Shown: piece after piece, positions 18,380 through 27,374 of the stretch
Layout of the letters: every line of letters begins with the position of its first letter
Position numbering within the stretch: the first letter of the stretch is position 1
Assembly (NCBI GenBank): GCA_030550715.1
Contig: JAUQOU010000003.1
Span: 18,180-82,179 of the forward strand
Source of the DNA: a bacterium
Lineage (GTDB): Bacteria; Calescibacteriota; Calescibacteriia; Calescibacteriales; Calescibacteriaceae
Direction of reading: 5' to 3'
DNA length: 64,000 nt
Translations under genes and position numbers: made by a program
Notes under the pieces: generated by a model
The model's input: only the letters and a program-made list of their open reading frames with translations
The model's database searches: none
Told to the model about the DNA's origin: nothing

Positions 18380-19588
18380 CTAAACAGCCAGGGTATATTC
18401 TCCTTTTAATCTTCTCAAAAATTCAGATGGAAAATATGGTAATAAGCTTAAAAATTTTCGCACTGGGAACTTTGAAGCTAAAAAAAGCGAGAAAATCTTA
18501 TCAAAATAAGGTGAATAAAATAAAAAATTTCTAAAAACGAGAAAGAAAAAAGGTTGAGAAACAAAAGAAGATAAAAAATCGGAATATTTATAAAGAAAAG
18601 AATTCTGAATTCTTTTGACAAAAAATCTATCTTGGAAGTCAAGGCAAAATATCTTTGAACTAGATAAAAGAGAAATAAGGACAATCTGCTCAATTTTGAA
18701 CCTGCGGGAGATTTCAAAAAGCTTAGTGTAATCTATGCGAGAACTTCTCAAAACATAAAAGATATCAAGAAAAATTCTCAAAGCAAAGCAATGCTGGAAA
18801 AGATGAAGAGAAAGTTGAATGAGATCAAATTCTGGCGAGAAGGTTCTGACCTCTAATTTATCTCCCCCAAGCTCAACCGATATATTTTCAAACTCTAAAT
18901 CTTCGTATTTTATTTCTGCGAAGAACCTATCAGATATATAAAGGTGGAGTCCGCAAGATAGCCCATCTTCTCTGACGAACTGATAAACATGTCCATATTT
19001 ATCTTTTATTTTTGACCTTGGAACAGGATAAAAATTCCATTCGAGCAGTTTTTTTTCAAACTTTTTGAAAACTTTCTGTGGGACTATAATATCTACATCT
19101 CCGGTGTGTCTTGCCAGCAAAGAGAGGTGATATTTTTTCGCAAGAGCAATTCCTTTAAAAAGTGCGAAGTCATCAGAAAATCGTTTCAGCTCTTTTATGA
19201 AATTGAAGTTTCTTTTAAGTTTTTCAGAATTTGCTTGGAAGTCAAATGAAAATACAGGAAAAAGATGCTCTGCGAGCTTTTCTTTATCACCATAAAACTT
19301 TTTCATCCTATCGTTTTTCCTTGATTTTTTCCCAAGCTTACTTATGTAGCGATTGAGTTTTTTGTGGGAATGAACTTGATTATTCAGAAAATGTTTTATT
19401 TTGAGGTATATTTGAGTTGATACCCCGTAAAGCTTTGCTCTTTTGAAAACTTCTTTTTCGTTATCTGCAAGAAAAAAAACTTTATCTTCATCTATATTAT
19501 CGGTCTTCAGAAAATCCAGAACGAAAAGGTCGTATCTATAATTTTTGAAAAGCTGAACAAAGTAATCATGAGGGCTTTTATTGTTCAT
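18380..19588 (-). CDS. Uncharacterised nucleotidyltransferase family protein (NTP_transf_5 / PF14907-like)
   Basis: 402 aa. The core FKGIALAKKYHLSLLARHTGDVDIIVPQKVFKKFEKKLLEWNFYPV matches the pol-beta-fold GD-x-D signature of this family, which is common in polysaccharide loci. Confidence 0.6.
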   Translation of the reverse strand: MNNKSPHDYFVQLFKNYRYDLFVLDFLKTDNIDEDKVFFLADNEKEVFKRAKLYGVSTQIYLKIKHFLNNQVHSHKKLNRYISKLGKKSRKNDRMKKFYGDKEKLAEHLFPVFSFDFQANSEKLKRNFNFIKELKRFSDDFALFKGIALAKKYHLSLLARHTGDVDIIVPQKVFKKFEKKLLEWNFYPVPRSKIKDKYGHVYQFVREDGLSCGLHLYISDRFFAEIKYEDLEFENISVELGGDKLEVRTFSPEFDLIQLSLHLFQHCFALRIFLDIFYVLRSSRIDYTKLFEISRRFKIEQIVLISLLSSSKIFCLDFQDRFFVKRIQNSFLYKYSDFLSSFVSQPFFFLVFRNFLFYSPYFDKIFSLFLASKFPVRKFLSLLPYFPSEFLRRLKGEYTLAV

Positions 19589-20882
19589 CTTGAAGTATCT
19601 CTTGAATTTTTTCTGTATATTTTCTCACTGTTTCTAATCCTTCCTGACTTCTTTTTATCCACAGCGTTTTGAACTTTATTCTTCCTGCGAATGTTATATT
19701 TCTTTCGTATATGTATGCTGCGTATTTGAGAGCTTTTTGAAGCTCTTTTATGAGCTCTTGCCTATAGATTTTTTTCTCCTCATCAGATTTGAGTTCTTTC
19801 GGGTCTTGTGAAGTTGCGAGGTCTTCAAAGACATATCTATATGTTTCTCCGAGTTTAAAAACGGCAGCGGTGACCCACCACGGCTCCCCTCTCTTTACAA
19901 CATCCATATAATCTTTCTGCGCAGAGAGTATGAAATTGACCTTGTTTTTAAGAGATACAAGAGGATAATTATCTTCTAAAATCCCTTTTATAAAAGCCAA
20001 GTTCCCCCGACAGAGATAGTAGACTGACTTCATCTCTTCGTAGTGTCTGAATTTTTCCATATCTTTTATGGTTTTTTCAACTGGTTTTATTTTCTCATAC
20101 CAGTAATTTTTTTTAGCTCTTATTTTATCATATTTTGGTACTGAGTTAAAGTCAAATTCTATATTTTCTTTTGGAAGGAGTTCAAGGAGAATCTGTTCTG
20201 TTTCTTGGAATGTATTCAGGAGAATTGAGAACTCTTTTCTCTTTTCGTCCTTGAAGTATTCTTGATTGAGTTTTATCTTTTCACCTCTTGATATTTTTAT
20301 TCTTGCAAGGCGCAAGAGAGCATCGGAACTTATTTCATACTGCTGACTTGTTGCGATCTGAGAGTAAATCATTTCTGCCTTTTCGTCTTCTCCCAATCTT
20401 TCAAGAGACATAGCAAGGTTGAAAAGGGCTATTTCCTTGTATTCTTGATTTGGAGAATTAGAAGCGAGGGCGTAAAATATCTGAGATGCAAGCTCAATAT
20501 CACCCGTAGAGTAAAAGAAAAGGGCTTTATCAAACATTTCCTCATAGGTCTTGACATTCAGGACATCTTTCAAGCGTTCGTATTCAAATATCACAGGACT
20601 TTTACCAAGAGATCTACTTTCAAAAAGTTTCGCAATATCTATTTCAAAGCTGAAAGTTTTTTCTTGCTGAGGTGAATTCTCCTGATTTAACTCGCTGTTC
20701 TTCTGTTCCGCTTGAGGGGATTTTGCGTTTTTATCTTTGATGTTATCATTTTCGTATTGACACTCTGGACAAGTGGCTTCAACTTTTTTCACTTTCGGTG
20801 ACGTTTTCATACAAGCAGAAAAGCTTAAAAGAAGTATTTGGAAGGAAATCACCAGAAGTTTGAGATAAGAAGAGCTTACCAT
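19578..20882 (-). CDS. TPR-like lipoprotein, function unknown
   Basis: 434 aa with a signal plus lipobox-like SFSAC. A low-complexity Q/N/E linker precedes TPR-like helices (ALFFYSTGDIELASQIFYALASNSPNQEYKEIALFNLAMSLERLGEDEKAEMIY). Overlaps the next gene by 11 nt. Confidence 0.6.
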   Translation of the reverse strand: MVSSSYLKLLVISFQILLLSFSACMKTSPKVKKVEATCPECQYENDNIKDKNAKSPQAEQKNSELNQENSPQQEKTFSFEIDIAKLFESRSLGKSPVIFEYERLKDVLNVKTYEEMFDKALFFYSTGDIELASQIFYALASNSPNQEYKEIALFNLAMSLERLGEDEKAEMIYSQIATSQQYEISSDALLRLARIKISRGEKIKLNQEYFKDEKRKEFSILLNTFQETEQILLELLPKENIEFDFNSVPKYDKIRAKKNYWYEKIKPVEKTIKDMEKFRHYEEMKSVYYLCRGNLAFIKGILEDNYPLVSLKNKVNFILSAQKDYMDVVKRGEPWWVTAAVFKLGETYRYVFEDLATSQDPKELKSDEEKKIYRQELIKELQKALKYAAYIYERNITFAGRIKFKTLWIKRSQEGLETVRKYTEKIQEILQDEQ

Positions 20883-21011
20883 AAATAATTAATTTAAAGC
20901 AAATCCTTCATTTATTTTTTAAAACAAGCAAAAGAAAGAAAAGTTGGGAACCCGACAGAAGAAGAAATTTTCTAAGTTCATGTATCAGTGGGGAGAGTTG
21001 TTCTTTTGAGA

Positions 21012-21105
21012 TGGCGGAGAGGGCGGGATTCGAACCCGCGAGGCAGGGTAAAACCCCCGCCACAGCTTAGCAGGCTGTTGCCTTAGACCGCTCGGCCACC
21101 TCTCC
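21012..21105 (-). tRNA. tRNA-Ser (anticodon GCU), CCA encoded
   Basis: The reverse complement GGAGAGGTGGCCGAGCGGTCTAAGGCAACAGCCTGCTAAGCTGTGGCGGGGGTTTTACCCTGCCTCGCGGGTTCGAATCCCGCCCTCTCCGCCA folds as a class II tRNA. It has a 7-bp acceptor stem, anticodon loop CTGCTAA, a long variable arm and T-loop GGTTCGAAT. Confidence 0.9.
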
Positions 21106-21164
21106 TCTTCCCTAAATATTTTAATCCCAAAAAACAAAAAACTTAAAAATAAGCAAAATTCGGT

Positions 21165-22568
21165 TTAATCTGATGTGCCAATTATGAGTTCTTCAAAAAG
21201 CGCAGTCGGTTGAGCATCAGAGACAGGAACCCACTGACCATCTTTACCACAAGTTCCCGGTGAAAAACCAATATCTTCTGCCAATTTCACTATCCTTTTC
21301 AAAGATTCCTGCGCCTTACCCATAAGAACGCCCTTATAAATCATATCTCCTATCTTTCCGTTTTCTATCTTATATCCTTCCTCAATGCCGAAAACAAAAT
21401 CCCCCGTCGCAGTATCAACTTCTCCACCGTCAAGTTTTTTTATCAAGATACCGTTCCAACACTCGCGAATTACCTCCTCTGGCTTAACTCCATTGACCGG
21501 CAAAATTATAGTGTTGGTCATTCTTGGTATAGGAGGATACTGGTAACTTTCTCTTTTACCTGAAGATGTTGGAGGCATATTCAAAATGAAAGAATGTTTA
21601 AGATCAATAATATAGTTTTTGAGGTATCCGTTCTCAACAAGAACATTTCTTATAGCAGGAGTTCCCTCATCATCAAACTTATGAGTTCCTCTCTGATGAG
21701 CCCATGTCGGGTCATCAACAATTGTCACAATATCTGAACCTATCTTTTGTCCGAGTTTATCTTTGAAAACTGAAAGACCTTTGAATATATGGTCTGCTTC
21801 AAGGGCATGTCCTATACATTCGTGCACAAAAACACCTCCCGCAGATGACATAATGACGACGGGAACTCTTCCCGAAACTTTAACTCCGCCTTCCAATTGC
21901 TTCTTGGCTCTCACGAGAACCTCATTAAAAATTTCTTCTATATTCTCGTAATCTTTGAGGTTCTCTCCTGCTATTGATTCTCTTGCGGTTGCTATTTTTC
22001 CATCTTTATGAAAGATAACTTTGACTACGATATATAGTTTTGTAGAATCTTCAAAAGCAGATTTCCCGAGGGAGTTTTTGACAAACTTCAACCTTCTTAC
22101 TCCTCTGAAAACAACCCTGAAATTTGTAGAATCTTTCAGAATTTCGCTCTTTTTCTTCAGGAATTTTACAACTTCGCTTTCAGATAGTTCAAGGCGTGAA
22201 AGATTTTCGGGGAATATTATTTGGGATTTTGAGGAAAGTTTATCACTGCCCATCTTCGCTTCCCTGATAGAAAAACCGCTTATTATTTTTCTCTCTGCTG
22301 ACCTGACTTCAAGATTTTCGATCACAACCTGCAATATGTTCTGAGTTTCAAAAAATGCTTCCGAGAAAAATGAGTCCTTATCTTTTTCAGATATAAAAGA
22401 ATTTGCTTTTTTTTCAAGTCGGTTGAGAATATAGGTTAGATTTTGTTCTTTCTTTTTTTGTCTTACTTTTGGTTTTACTTGTGTTTTTGAACTGTTCTCT
22501 TTTCTTCTCATATTGGGTTTTGATTTTATTTTACTTTTCGTTAATGATTTTATATATTCTTCAATCAA
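21165..22568 (-). CDS. tldD: TldD/PmbA family metalloprotease (TldD-like)
   Basis: 467 aa with the metal site VHECIGHALEADH and a C-terminal GD-rich beta domain (GGEVDTATGDFVFG). Has a Lys/Arg-rich N-terminal extension, so the true start may lie further downstream. Confidence 0.8.
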   Translation of the reverse strand: MIEEYIKSLTKSKIKSKPNMRRKENSSKTQVKPKVRQKKKEQNLTYILNRLEKKANSFISEKDKDSFFSEAFFETQNILQVVIENLEVRSAERKIISGFSIREAKMGSDKLSSKSQIIFPENLSRLELSESEVVKFLKKKSEILKDSTNFRVVFRGVRRLKFVKNSLGKSAFEDSTKLYIVVKVIFHKDGKIATARESIAGENLKDYENIEEIFNEVLVRAKKQLEGGVKVSGRVPVVIMSSAGGVFVHECIGHALEADHIFKGLSVFKDKLGQKIGSDIVTIVDDPTWAHQRGTHKFDDEGTPAIRNVLVENGYLKNYIIDLKHSFILNMPPTSSGKRESYQYPPIPRMTNTIILPVNGVKPEEVIRECWNGILIKKLDGGEVDTATGDFVFGIEEGYKIENGKIGDMIYKGVLMGKAQESLKRIVKLAEDIGFSPGTCGKDGQWVPVSDAQPTALFEELIIGTSD

Positions 22569-22671
22569 CTTGAATTTTGATAGATTATTTTGTTTTTGAT
22601 TTTCTTAATGATATTTTGATATTTTGAGAATGGTTTTTTATTTTGCTAATTTTAATTTGTATAGTTTTTTT

Positions 22672-22748
22672 GCGCCCGTAGCTCAACAGGATAGAGCGTT
22701 GGACTTCGAATCCAAAGGTTGCGGGTTCAAGTCCCGCCGGGCGCACCA
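22672..22748 (+). tRNA. tRNA-Arg (anticodon UCG), CCA encoded
   Basis: GCGCCCGTAGCTCAACAGGATAGAGCGTTGGACTTCGAATCCAAAGGTTGCGGGTTCAAGTCCCGCCGGGCGCACCA gives a clean cloverleaf of 77 nt. Anticodon loop is CTTCGAA and T-loop is GGTTCAAGT. Confidence 0.9.
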
Positions 22749-22757
22749 AACGAAAAA

Positions 22758-23261
22758 TCATATCTCCTTTTCCATCCTCAACCAATTTGGAAATCTATCA
22801 CCGCTGAATTCAAATCCCAAACTCTTGTAAAACTTTATAGCAACCTCATTTTTCTCTCCAACCCAAAGCCCCGCTCTTTTGAGCTTTCTCTGAGAGAAAA
22901 AATCAATAGCTAAATTCACAAGGAATTTGCCAAACCCTCTCTTACGAAAATCAGGGTCTATACATACTTCATGTATCTCCCCCACTCTGCCGTTCCAGAA
23001 CCAATCTGAACTACAAGCTATAAATCCGATGAATCTGTTTTCTGAAATGATAACCTTGAAAAAATCAGAGTGTCGCATAAGCCATTTTATATATCTTTTC
23101 GCGTGGCTTAAAGATGGCTCCCCATACTCCTCAATTCCCCTGTAGGCAGACATATAAAGAGCTGAAAGTTCGTCAATTATGCTTTTCTCTCCTCTCTCGT
23201 GTTCAGGATTAAACTTTGCAGATTCTATCAATTTGTTGAAATCAGAAATCTCAAAATGCAT
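22758..23261 (-). CDS. GNAT family N-acetyltransferase
   Basis: 167 aa with the acetyl-CoA motif A: IHEVCIDPDFRKRGFGKFLVNLAIDF followed by KFYKSLGF. Confidence 0.8.
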   Translation of the reverse strand: MHFEISDFNKLIESAKFNPEHERGEKSIIDELSALYMSAYRGIEEYGEPSLSHAKRYIKWLMRHSDFFKVIISENRFIGFIACSSDWFWNGRVGEIHEVCIDPDFRKRGFGKFLVNLAIDFFSQRKLKRAGLWVGEKNEVAIKFYKSLGFEFSGDRFPNWLRMEKEI

Positions 23262-23288
23262 ATAATTTAAGGTCTGTGTATATTTAAT

Positions 23289-23969
23289 TTAAATCCTTCC
23301 TTTTTTTCTCGCGGAATTGACAATAATATGTGCAAGGCGCGTTGGTTCAGGTATTCTAAATCCCCTCGTGAGCTTTTTTGTCAGCTCTACCGCTTCGTCA
23401 AGAGTTATTTTATATCCAACAGAAACGACTACTGGTTCAGCTCCTTCCTGAGTGCAGAGGAGACATCCAACCTGTTTCCCCCTGAAAAAAAGCGGAGCGG
23501 TTTCCCATCTTTTTTTCGGCAGATATGGATAAGTTCCGACCAAAATTGATTTTGCAACTCCAACAGAGGGTTTGTCGTAGAGAACCCCTATATGAGACGC
23601 TATTCCGAAAAATCTCGGATGAGCTATACCTTGACCATCAACAAAAATAACATCTGGTTCTGTTTTCAGGCGTGAAAATGCTTCATAAAGAGCAGGAGTC
23701 TCACGAAAAGATAAAAGCCCCGGAATATAAGGAAAATTCACCTCCTTCTCGACAACAACTTTCTCTATAATTTCTAAATCTTTTACAGTTATCACTACAA
23801 CTCCCGCATAGAGCAAGTTTGAACCTATGTTGTAAGATACATCTACTCCGGCGACAATTTCCGGTTCTTTTTCAAGTTTCACCTCTTTGACAAGTTTTGA
23901 GAGTTCTAACTGAATCTTTTTCGCCTCGTCAGGAGAAACATTCCAGTCATGCTTTATCTTTATCTCCAT
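23289..23969 (-). CDS. nfi: Endonuclease V
   Basis: Has GVDVSY, LSFRE and VDGQGIAHPRFFGIASHIGV, the hallmarks of Nfi. The ORF is open to a TTG at 23999, but the ATG at 23969 (MEIKIKHDW) gives the usual length. Confidence 0.85.
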   Translation of the reverse strand: MEIKIKHDWNVSPDEAKKIQLELSKLVKEVKLEKEPEIVAGVDVSYNIGSNLLYAGVVVITVKDLEIIEKVVVEKEVNFPYIPGLLSFRETPALYEAFSRLKTEPDVIFVDGQGIAHPRFFGIASHIGVLYDKPSVGVAKSILVGTYPYLPKKRWETAPLFFRGKQVGCLLCTQEGAEPVVVSVGYKITLDEAVELTKKLTRGFRIPEPTRLAHIIVNSARKKGRI

Positions 23970-24063
23970 CTTACAATTTCTTTTAATTTTAGTGAGCAAG
24001 AAAAAACCGATGATTTGAACAAAACAAAAAGTTTCGGATTGAAAAATTAATAAGTTATTTTTT

Positions 24064-25260
24064 ATGAGAATTCTTCACACATCTGACTGGCACGCAGGGA
24101 AAAAAAACGGCAACATATCAAGGAAAGAAGACCTCATTCACACTCTCGGTGAGATGAAAAAATTTGTAATAAGCGAAAAGATTGACTGCGTTATTGTATG
24201 CGGAGATATTTTTGATAAACCCAACACACCCCCTGATATTTTAGAAGTGGTTTGGGATTTTTTTCTTGAACTCAACTCTATCAAGGTCTTTTCTCTGATA
24301 ATCTCGGGAAATCACGACTCGCAGGACTTTCTAAAAAGCATGAGCAAACTCTTACAGCTTGCAAATGTGAAGGTCTTCGCAAATGTCATAAATCCAAGAG
24401 AAATAAAAAAAGCAATTTTTCAATATGAAGATAAAAATGGAGAGAAGATAAATTTTGCAGTTCTGCCGTATCCTTCTCCTAATCTCTTTGCCGGAGAAAA
24501 TTCATCATACGAAGACGAACTCGGAAAATATATAGACCTTCTTTTTGAAGAAGGAGCGAAAGAGAGATACCCTATTATTTTCGTCTCCCATCTTTTCATA
24601 TCAGAAAGTATCCCATCTGGTACAGAAAAGGAAATAAGCGTTCTTACAAGCTACTCAATAAGGAAGACAAAAATTCCGCAATTTTCCTACTGTGCTCTTG
24701 GACACATACACAAAAGTCAAAGAATATCCACAACAACAACAGAAATAGTTTATTGTGGAAGTCCATATCAGATTGACTTCGGAGAGCGAGAAGATGAAAA
24801 CAAAGGTTTTTACTTTCTTGAAATATCTCGTGGAGTATTGGTAAAAACTGAATTCCAGAAAATAGACCAAAAAAGAGTTCTCAGGCAATTTGAATTTGAT
24901 ATAGATAAAAATCAGATAGAAAAAGCGATTGAAGAGATGAAAAAATATCCCAAAGATATAAAAAAGATAAAACTGAAATACTCTGAAACACAAGGCGTAA
25001 GAGAAATAGTAAAGTGGAAGACAATAATAAACTCTGAAATAGAAAATGTCGTATCAATAGATACCGAAGAAAAAACAGAAAGAGGAATACTGAAAATTTC
25101 AGATGGTCAGGAAATTTCAGAGGGAACAATAGACCTCAACAGATTGATAGATATATACCATAAATACTTTGTAAATGAGAGAAAAAGAAAGGAGGAGGAT
25201 TTTTTGAAAGTGAGAGAAAAACTCATTGAAATCATGCAAAAATCAGAAGAGAAATATTAG
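24064..25260 (+). CDS. sbcD: Exonuclease SbcCD nuclease subunit D (Mre11-like phosphoesterase)
   Basis: 398 aa with the calcineurin-fold motifs MRILHTSDWHAG, CGDIFD, SGNHD and LGHIH. No sbcC follows it. Confidence 0.85.
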   Translation: MRILHTSDWHAGKKNGNISRKEDLIHTLGEMKKFVISEKIDCVIVCGDIFDKPNTPPDILEVVWDFFLELNSIKVFSLIISGNHDSQDFLKSMSKLLQLANVKVFANVINPREIKKAIFQYEDKNGEKINFAVLPYPSPNLFAGENSSYEDELGKYIDLLFEEGAKERYPIIFVSHLFISESIPSGTEKEISVLTSYSIRKTKIPQFSYCALGHIHKSQRISTTTTEIVYCGSPYQIDFGEREDENKGFYFLEISRGVLVKTEFQKIDQKRVLRQFEFDIDKNQIEKAIEEMKKYPKDIKKIKLKYSETQGVREIVKWKTIINSEIENVVSIDTEEKTERGILKISDGQEISEGTIDLNRLIDIYHKYFVNERKRKEEDFLKVREKLIEIMQKSEEKY

Positions 25261-25326
25261 AAAGGTAGGCATGAATTTCAAAGAGCAAAAGGCAACAAAA
25301 AACATCAAAATCTTAAAATATATCTT

Positions 25327-26781
25327 GTGATAAAAATAACTCTACGGGAGAAGGTAGAGACAAAACTAAGAATTACTCCCAACATCATAGTACATTTGAG
25401 ATTAATCTCTATGCCGTTGGAAGAGCTTGAGGAAGAAATAAAAAACGAAGCGAGAGAAAACCCGTTTTTAGAATACGAAGGAAAAGAAGATATTGAAAAC
25501 GAATATATAGATAGCAAAGAAAAATATATAACCGATGAAGGAGTTTATGAATACGAGCTTGAGAATTTGTTCAGTTATGAAAGCGAACGGTTCTCATTTG
25601 CGAGAAATCCTGATTTAGAGGAATTTCAAGAAAAAGCTGTTGAACTCCTTCCTGATAAAAAATCAATAGACGAGTTGATTTTAGGACAAATATACAGCAA
25701 GTTTTCCGGAAAGGAGCTCTTCATAGCGGAGATGATATACTGGTCTATTGATGAGAAAGGTTATCTTTCAAAAACCACAGAAGAAATAAAAGAAGAACTT
25801 GAAAATGAAGGAATAGAAACAGATGAAGAGGAAATAGAGAAAGTGAGGAAGAAGTTTATGGAGATAGAACCACAGGGAATAGGAAGCAAAAACGCAAGAG
25901 AATACCTCCATTTTATACTTTCAAAAAAATTTGGAGAAGATAAGGCAAACAAGATATTAGAGAAAATAGAGAAGGAGTTGAAAGATATTGGGAGTGCGAC
26001 AAATTTTGATGAGGGAAAAATAAAAGCGTTGAGCGAAATTATAAGTCAGGAAACGGGAAAACTTGATATTCCCCCCTATCCTCTCTACGAATTATATAGT
26101 CAGGAAGATTACTTTCAAACCCCTAAAAGACCAGAGGTTGAGGTATTTGAAGATAAAGGAGAAATATATGTTATACCCATAAAGAATTTTGATGTCAGGT
26201 TTTCTGAAATTTACGGAGAGAGATGGCTCAAAAACTCAAAGAGGAATATGAGCGAGGAACAAAGAAGAAAAATTGAAATGCTTGTGCAAAGAGCGAGAAA
26301 CTATGTTGAAGGATTGAAAAAAAGAGAGAACTTAATATTAAAAGTATCAAAAGTCATTTTCTCATATCAGAGGGACTTTCTGACAACCGGGGACTTCACA
26401 AAGATAAAACCTATGACTCTTGAAGACATAAGCAAAATGTGCAACATATCTATATCAACAATAAACAGAACAGTAATCAACAAATATGTTAAAACCCCTC
26501 ACGGAATATTTGAGCTGAAAAAATTCTTCACAAAAGGAATATCAAAGGGAGATGAAAAAATATCTCGGGACGCTATAATGGATGAGATAAGAAAAATGAT
26601 AGCTGAAGAGGACCCCGAAACACCGCTCTCTGATTCAGCAATAGCTAAAAAAATCAAAGAGAAATTCGGAATAGAGCTATCAAGAAGAACAATAGTAAAA
26701 TACAGGAAAATTATGAACATACCATCGATAGAAGAGAGAATGAAGGCAAAAAAAGAAAGGAAACAGGAGACAAATAAATAA
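25327..26781 (+). CDS. rpoN: RNA polymerase sigma-54 factor
   Basis: 484 aa with a GTG start. Region I-like N-terminus, acidic region II, the HTH TLEDISKMCNISISTINRTV and the RpoN box LSRRTIVKYRKIMNIPS. Confidence 0.9.
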   Translation: MIKITLREKVETKLRITPNIIVHLRLISMPLEELEEEIKNEARENPFLEYEGKEDIENEYIDSKEKYITDEGVYEYELENLFSYESERFSFARNPDLEEFQEKAVELLPDKKSIDELILGQIYSKFSGKELFIAEMIYWSIDEKGYLSKTTEEIKEELENEGIETDEEEIEKVRKKFMEIEPQGIGSKNAREYLHFILSKKFGEDKANKILEKIEKELKDIGSATNFDEGKIKALSEIISQETGKLDIPPYPLYELYSQEDYFQTPKRPEVEVFEDKGEIYVIPIKNFDVRFSEIYGERWLKNSKRNMSEEQRRKIEMLVQRARNYVEGLKKRENLILKVSKVIFSYQRDFLTTGDFTKIKPMTLEDISKMCNISISTINRTVINKYVKTPHGIFELKKFFTKGISKGDEKISRDAIMDEIRKMIAEEDPETPLSDSAIAKKIKEKFGIELSRRTIVKYRKIMNIPSIEERMKAKKERKQETNK

Positions 26782-26839
26782 AGTGCTTTTTTGATTTAAC
26801 TCAGCAAGTTAAAAAATAAACTTTCCGATTTTTCTAAGT

Positions 26840-27319
26840 ATGAAAGAAAAAAGCGAGAAATTGAAAGATGAAAACGAAAGTAAGTATAAATTGAAGATAG
26901 GAGTTGTAGTATCAAGGTTCAACGAAATAATTACCGAAAAACTTCTTGAAGGAGCAAAAAGAGCTTTTGAAGAGCAAAAAGTTGATTTTGAGATCTTTTA
27001 TGTACCCGGATCATTTGAAATACCCATAACTGCAAAAGTTCTCGCAAAAACAGGAAAATTTGACTCAATTTTAACTCTTGGCTGTCTAATCAAAGGAGAA
27101 ACATTCCATTTTGAATATGTATCAAAAGGTTTAGTAGAAGGACTTGTTAAGTCAGCTCTTGAAACAGAAACACCTATAATTTTTGGAGTTCTCACAGTTG
27201 AGAACCTGAATCAGGCGCTTGAAAGAGCGGGCGGGAAACACGGAAACAAAGGTTATGAATGGGCTCTCAACTCAATTTACATGGCAAAACTAATGAAGAG
27301 ATTAAAAAAACAGAGCTAA
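26840..27319 (+). CDS. ribH: 6,7-dimethyl-8-ribityllumazine synthase
   Basis: 159 aa with IGVVVSRFNEIITEKLLEGA, VPGSFEIP, HFEYV and GVLT, all typical of RibH. Confidence 0.9.
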   Translation: MKEKSEKLKDENESKYKLKIGVVVSRFNEIITEKLLEGAKRAFEEQKVDFEIFYVPGSFEIPITAKVLAKTGKFDSILTLGCLIKGETFHFEYVSKGLVEGLVKSALETETPIIFGVLTVENLNQALERAGGKHGNKGYEWALNSIYMAKLMKRLKKQS

Positions 27320-27374
27320 AAATCTACCCTATGCTCCTTACAAAAATAAAACTTTTCAAAGTGATTAAAATTAA

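Noticed and set aside
22569-22671. Repeated TTTTGAT/TTTTGAG motifs between tldD and tRNA-Arg.
   Set aside because: They are short, imperfect and irregularly spaced A/T-rich words. This is most simply promoter-region low complexity rather than an organised repeat array.
22585-22913. ORFs 22585-22785 (-), 22624-22830 (+) and 22719-22913 (+).
   Set aside because: They run across the tRNA-Arg gene and the 3' end of the GNAT gene. The tRNA cloverleaf explains the sequence.
20883-23288. A genomic island or integrated element at the tRNA-Ser or tRNA-Arg genes.
   Set aside because: No integrase, recombinase, phage or plasmid genes are present. I saw no repeat of the tRNA 3' ends. The flanking genes are ordinary (tldD, GNAT, nfi). 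A computational repeat search would be needed to be certain.
26782-26839. Riboswitch leaders: FMN upstream of ribH, cobalamin upstream of cobU (57989-58072), purine upstream of the NCS2 permease (45560-45622), and lysine upstream of lysA.
   Set aside because: The spacers are only about 58-84 bp, almost pure A/T and without conserved stem-forming GC segments. lysA has no leader at all (3-bp gap). They are too short and unstructured for these riboswitch classes.
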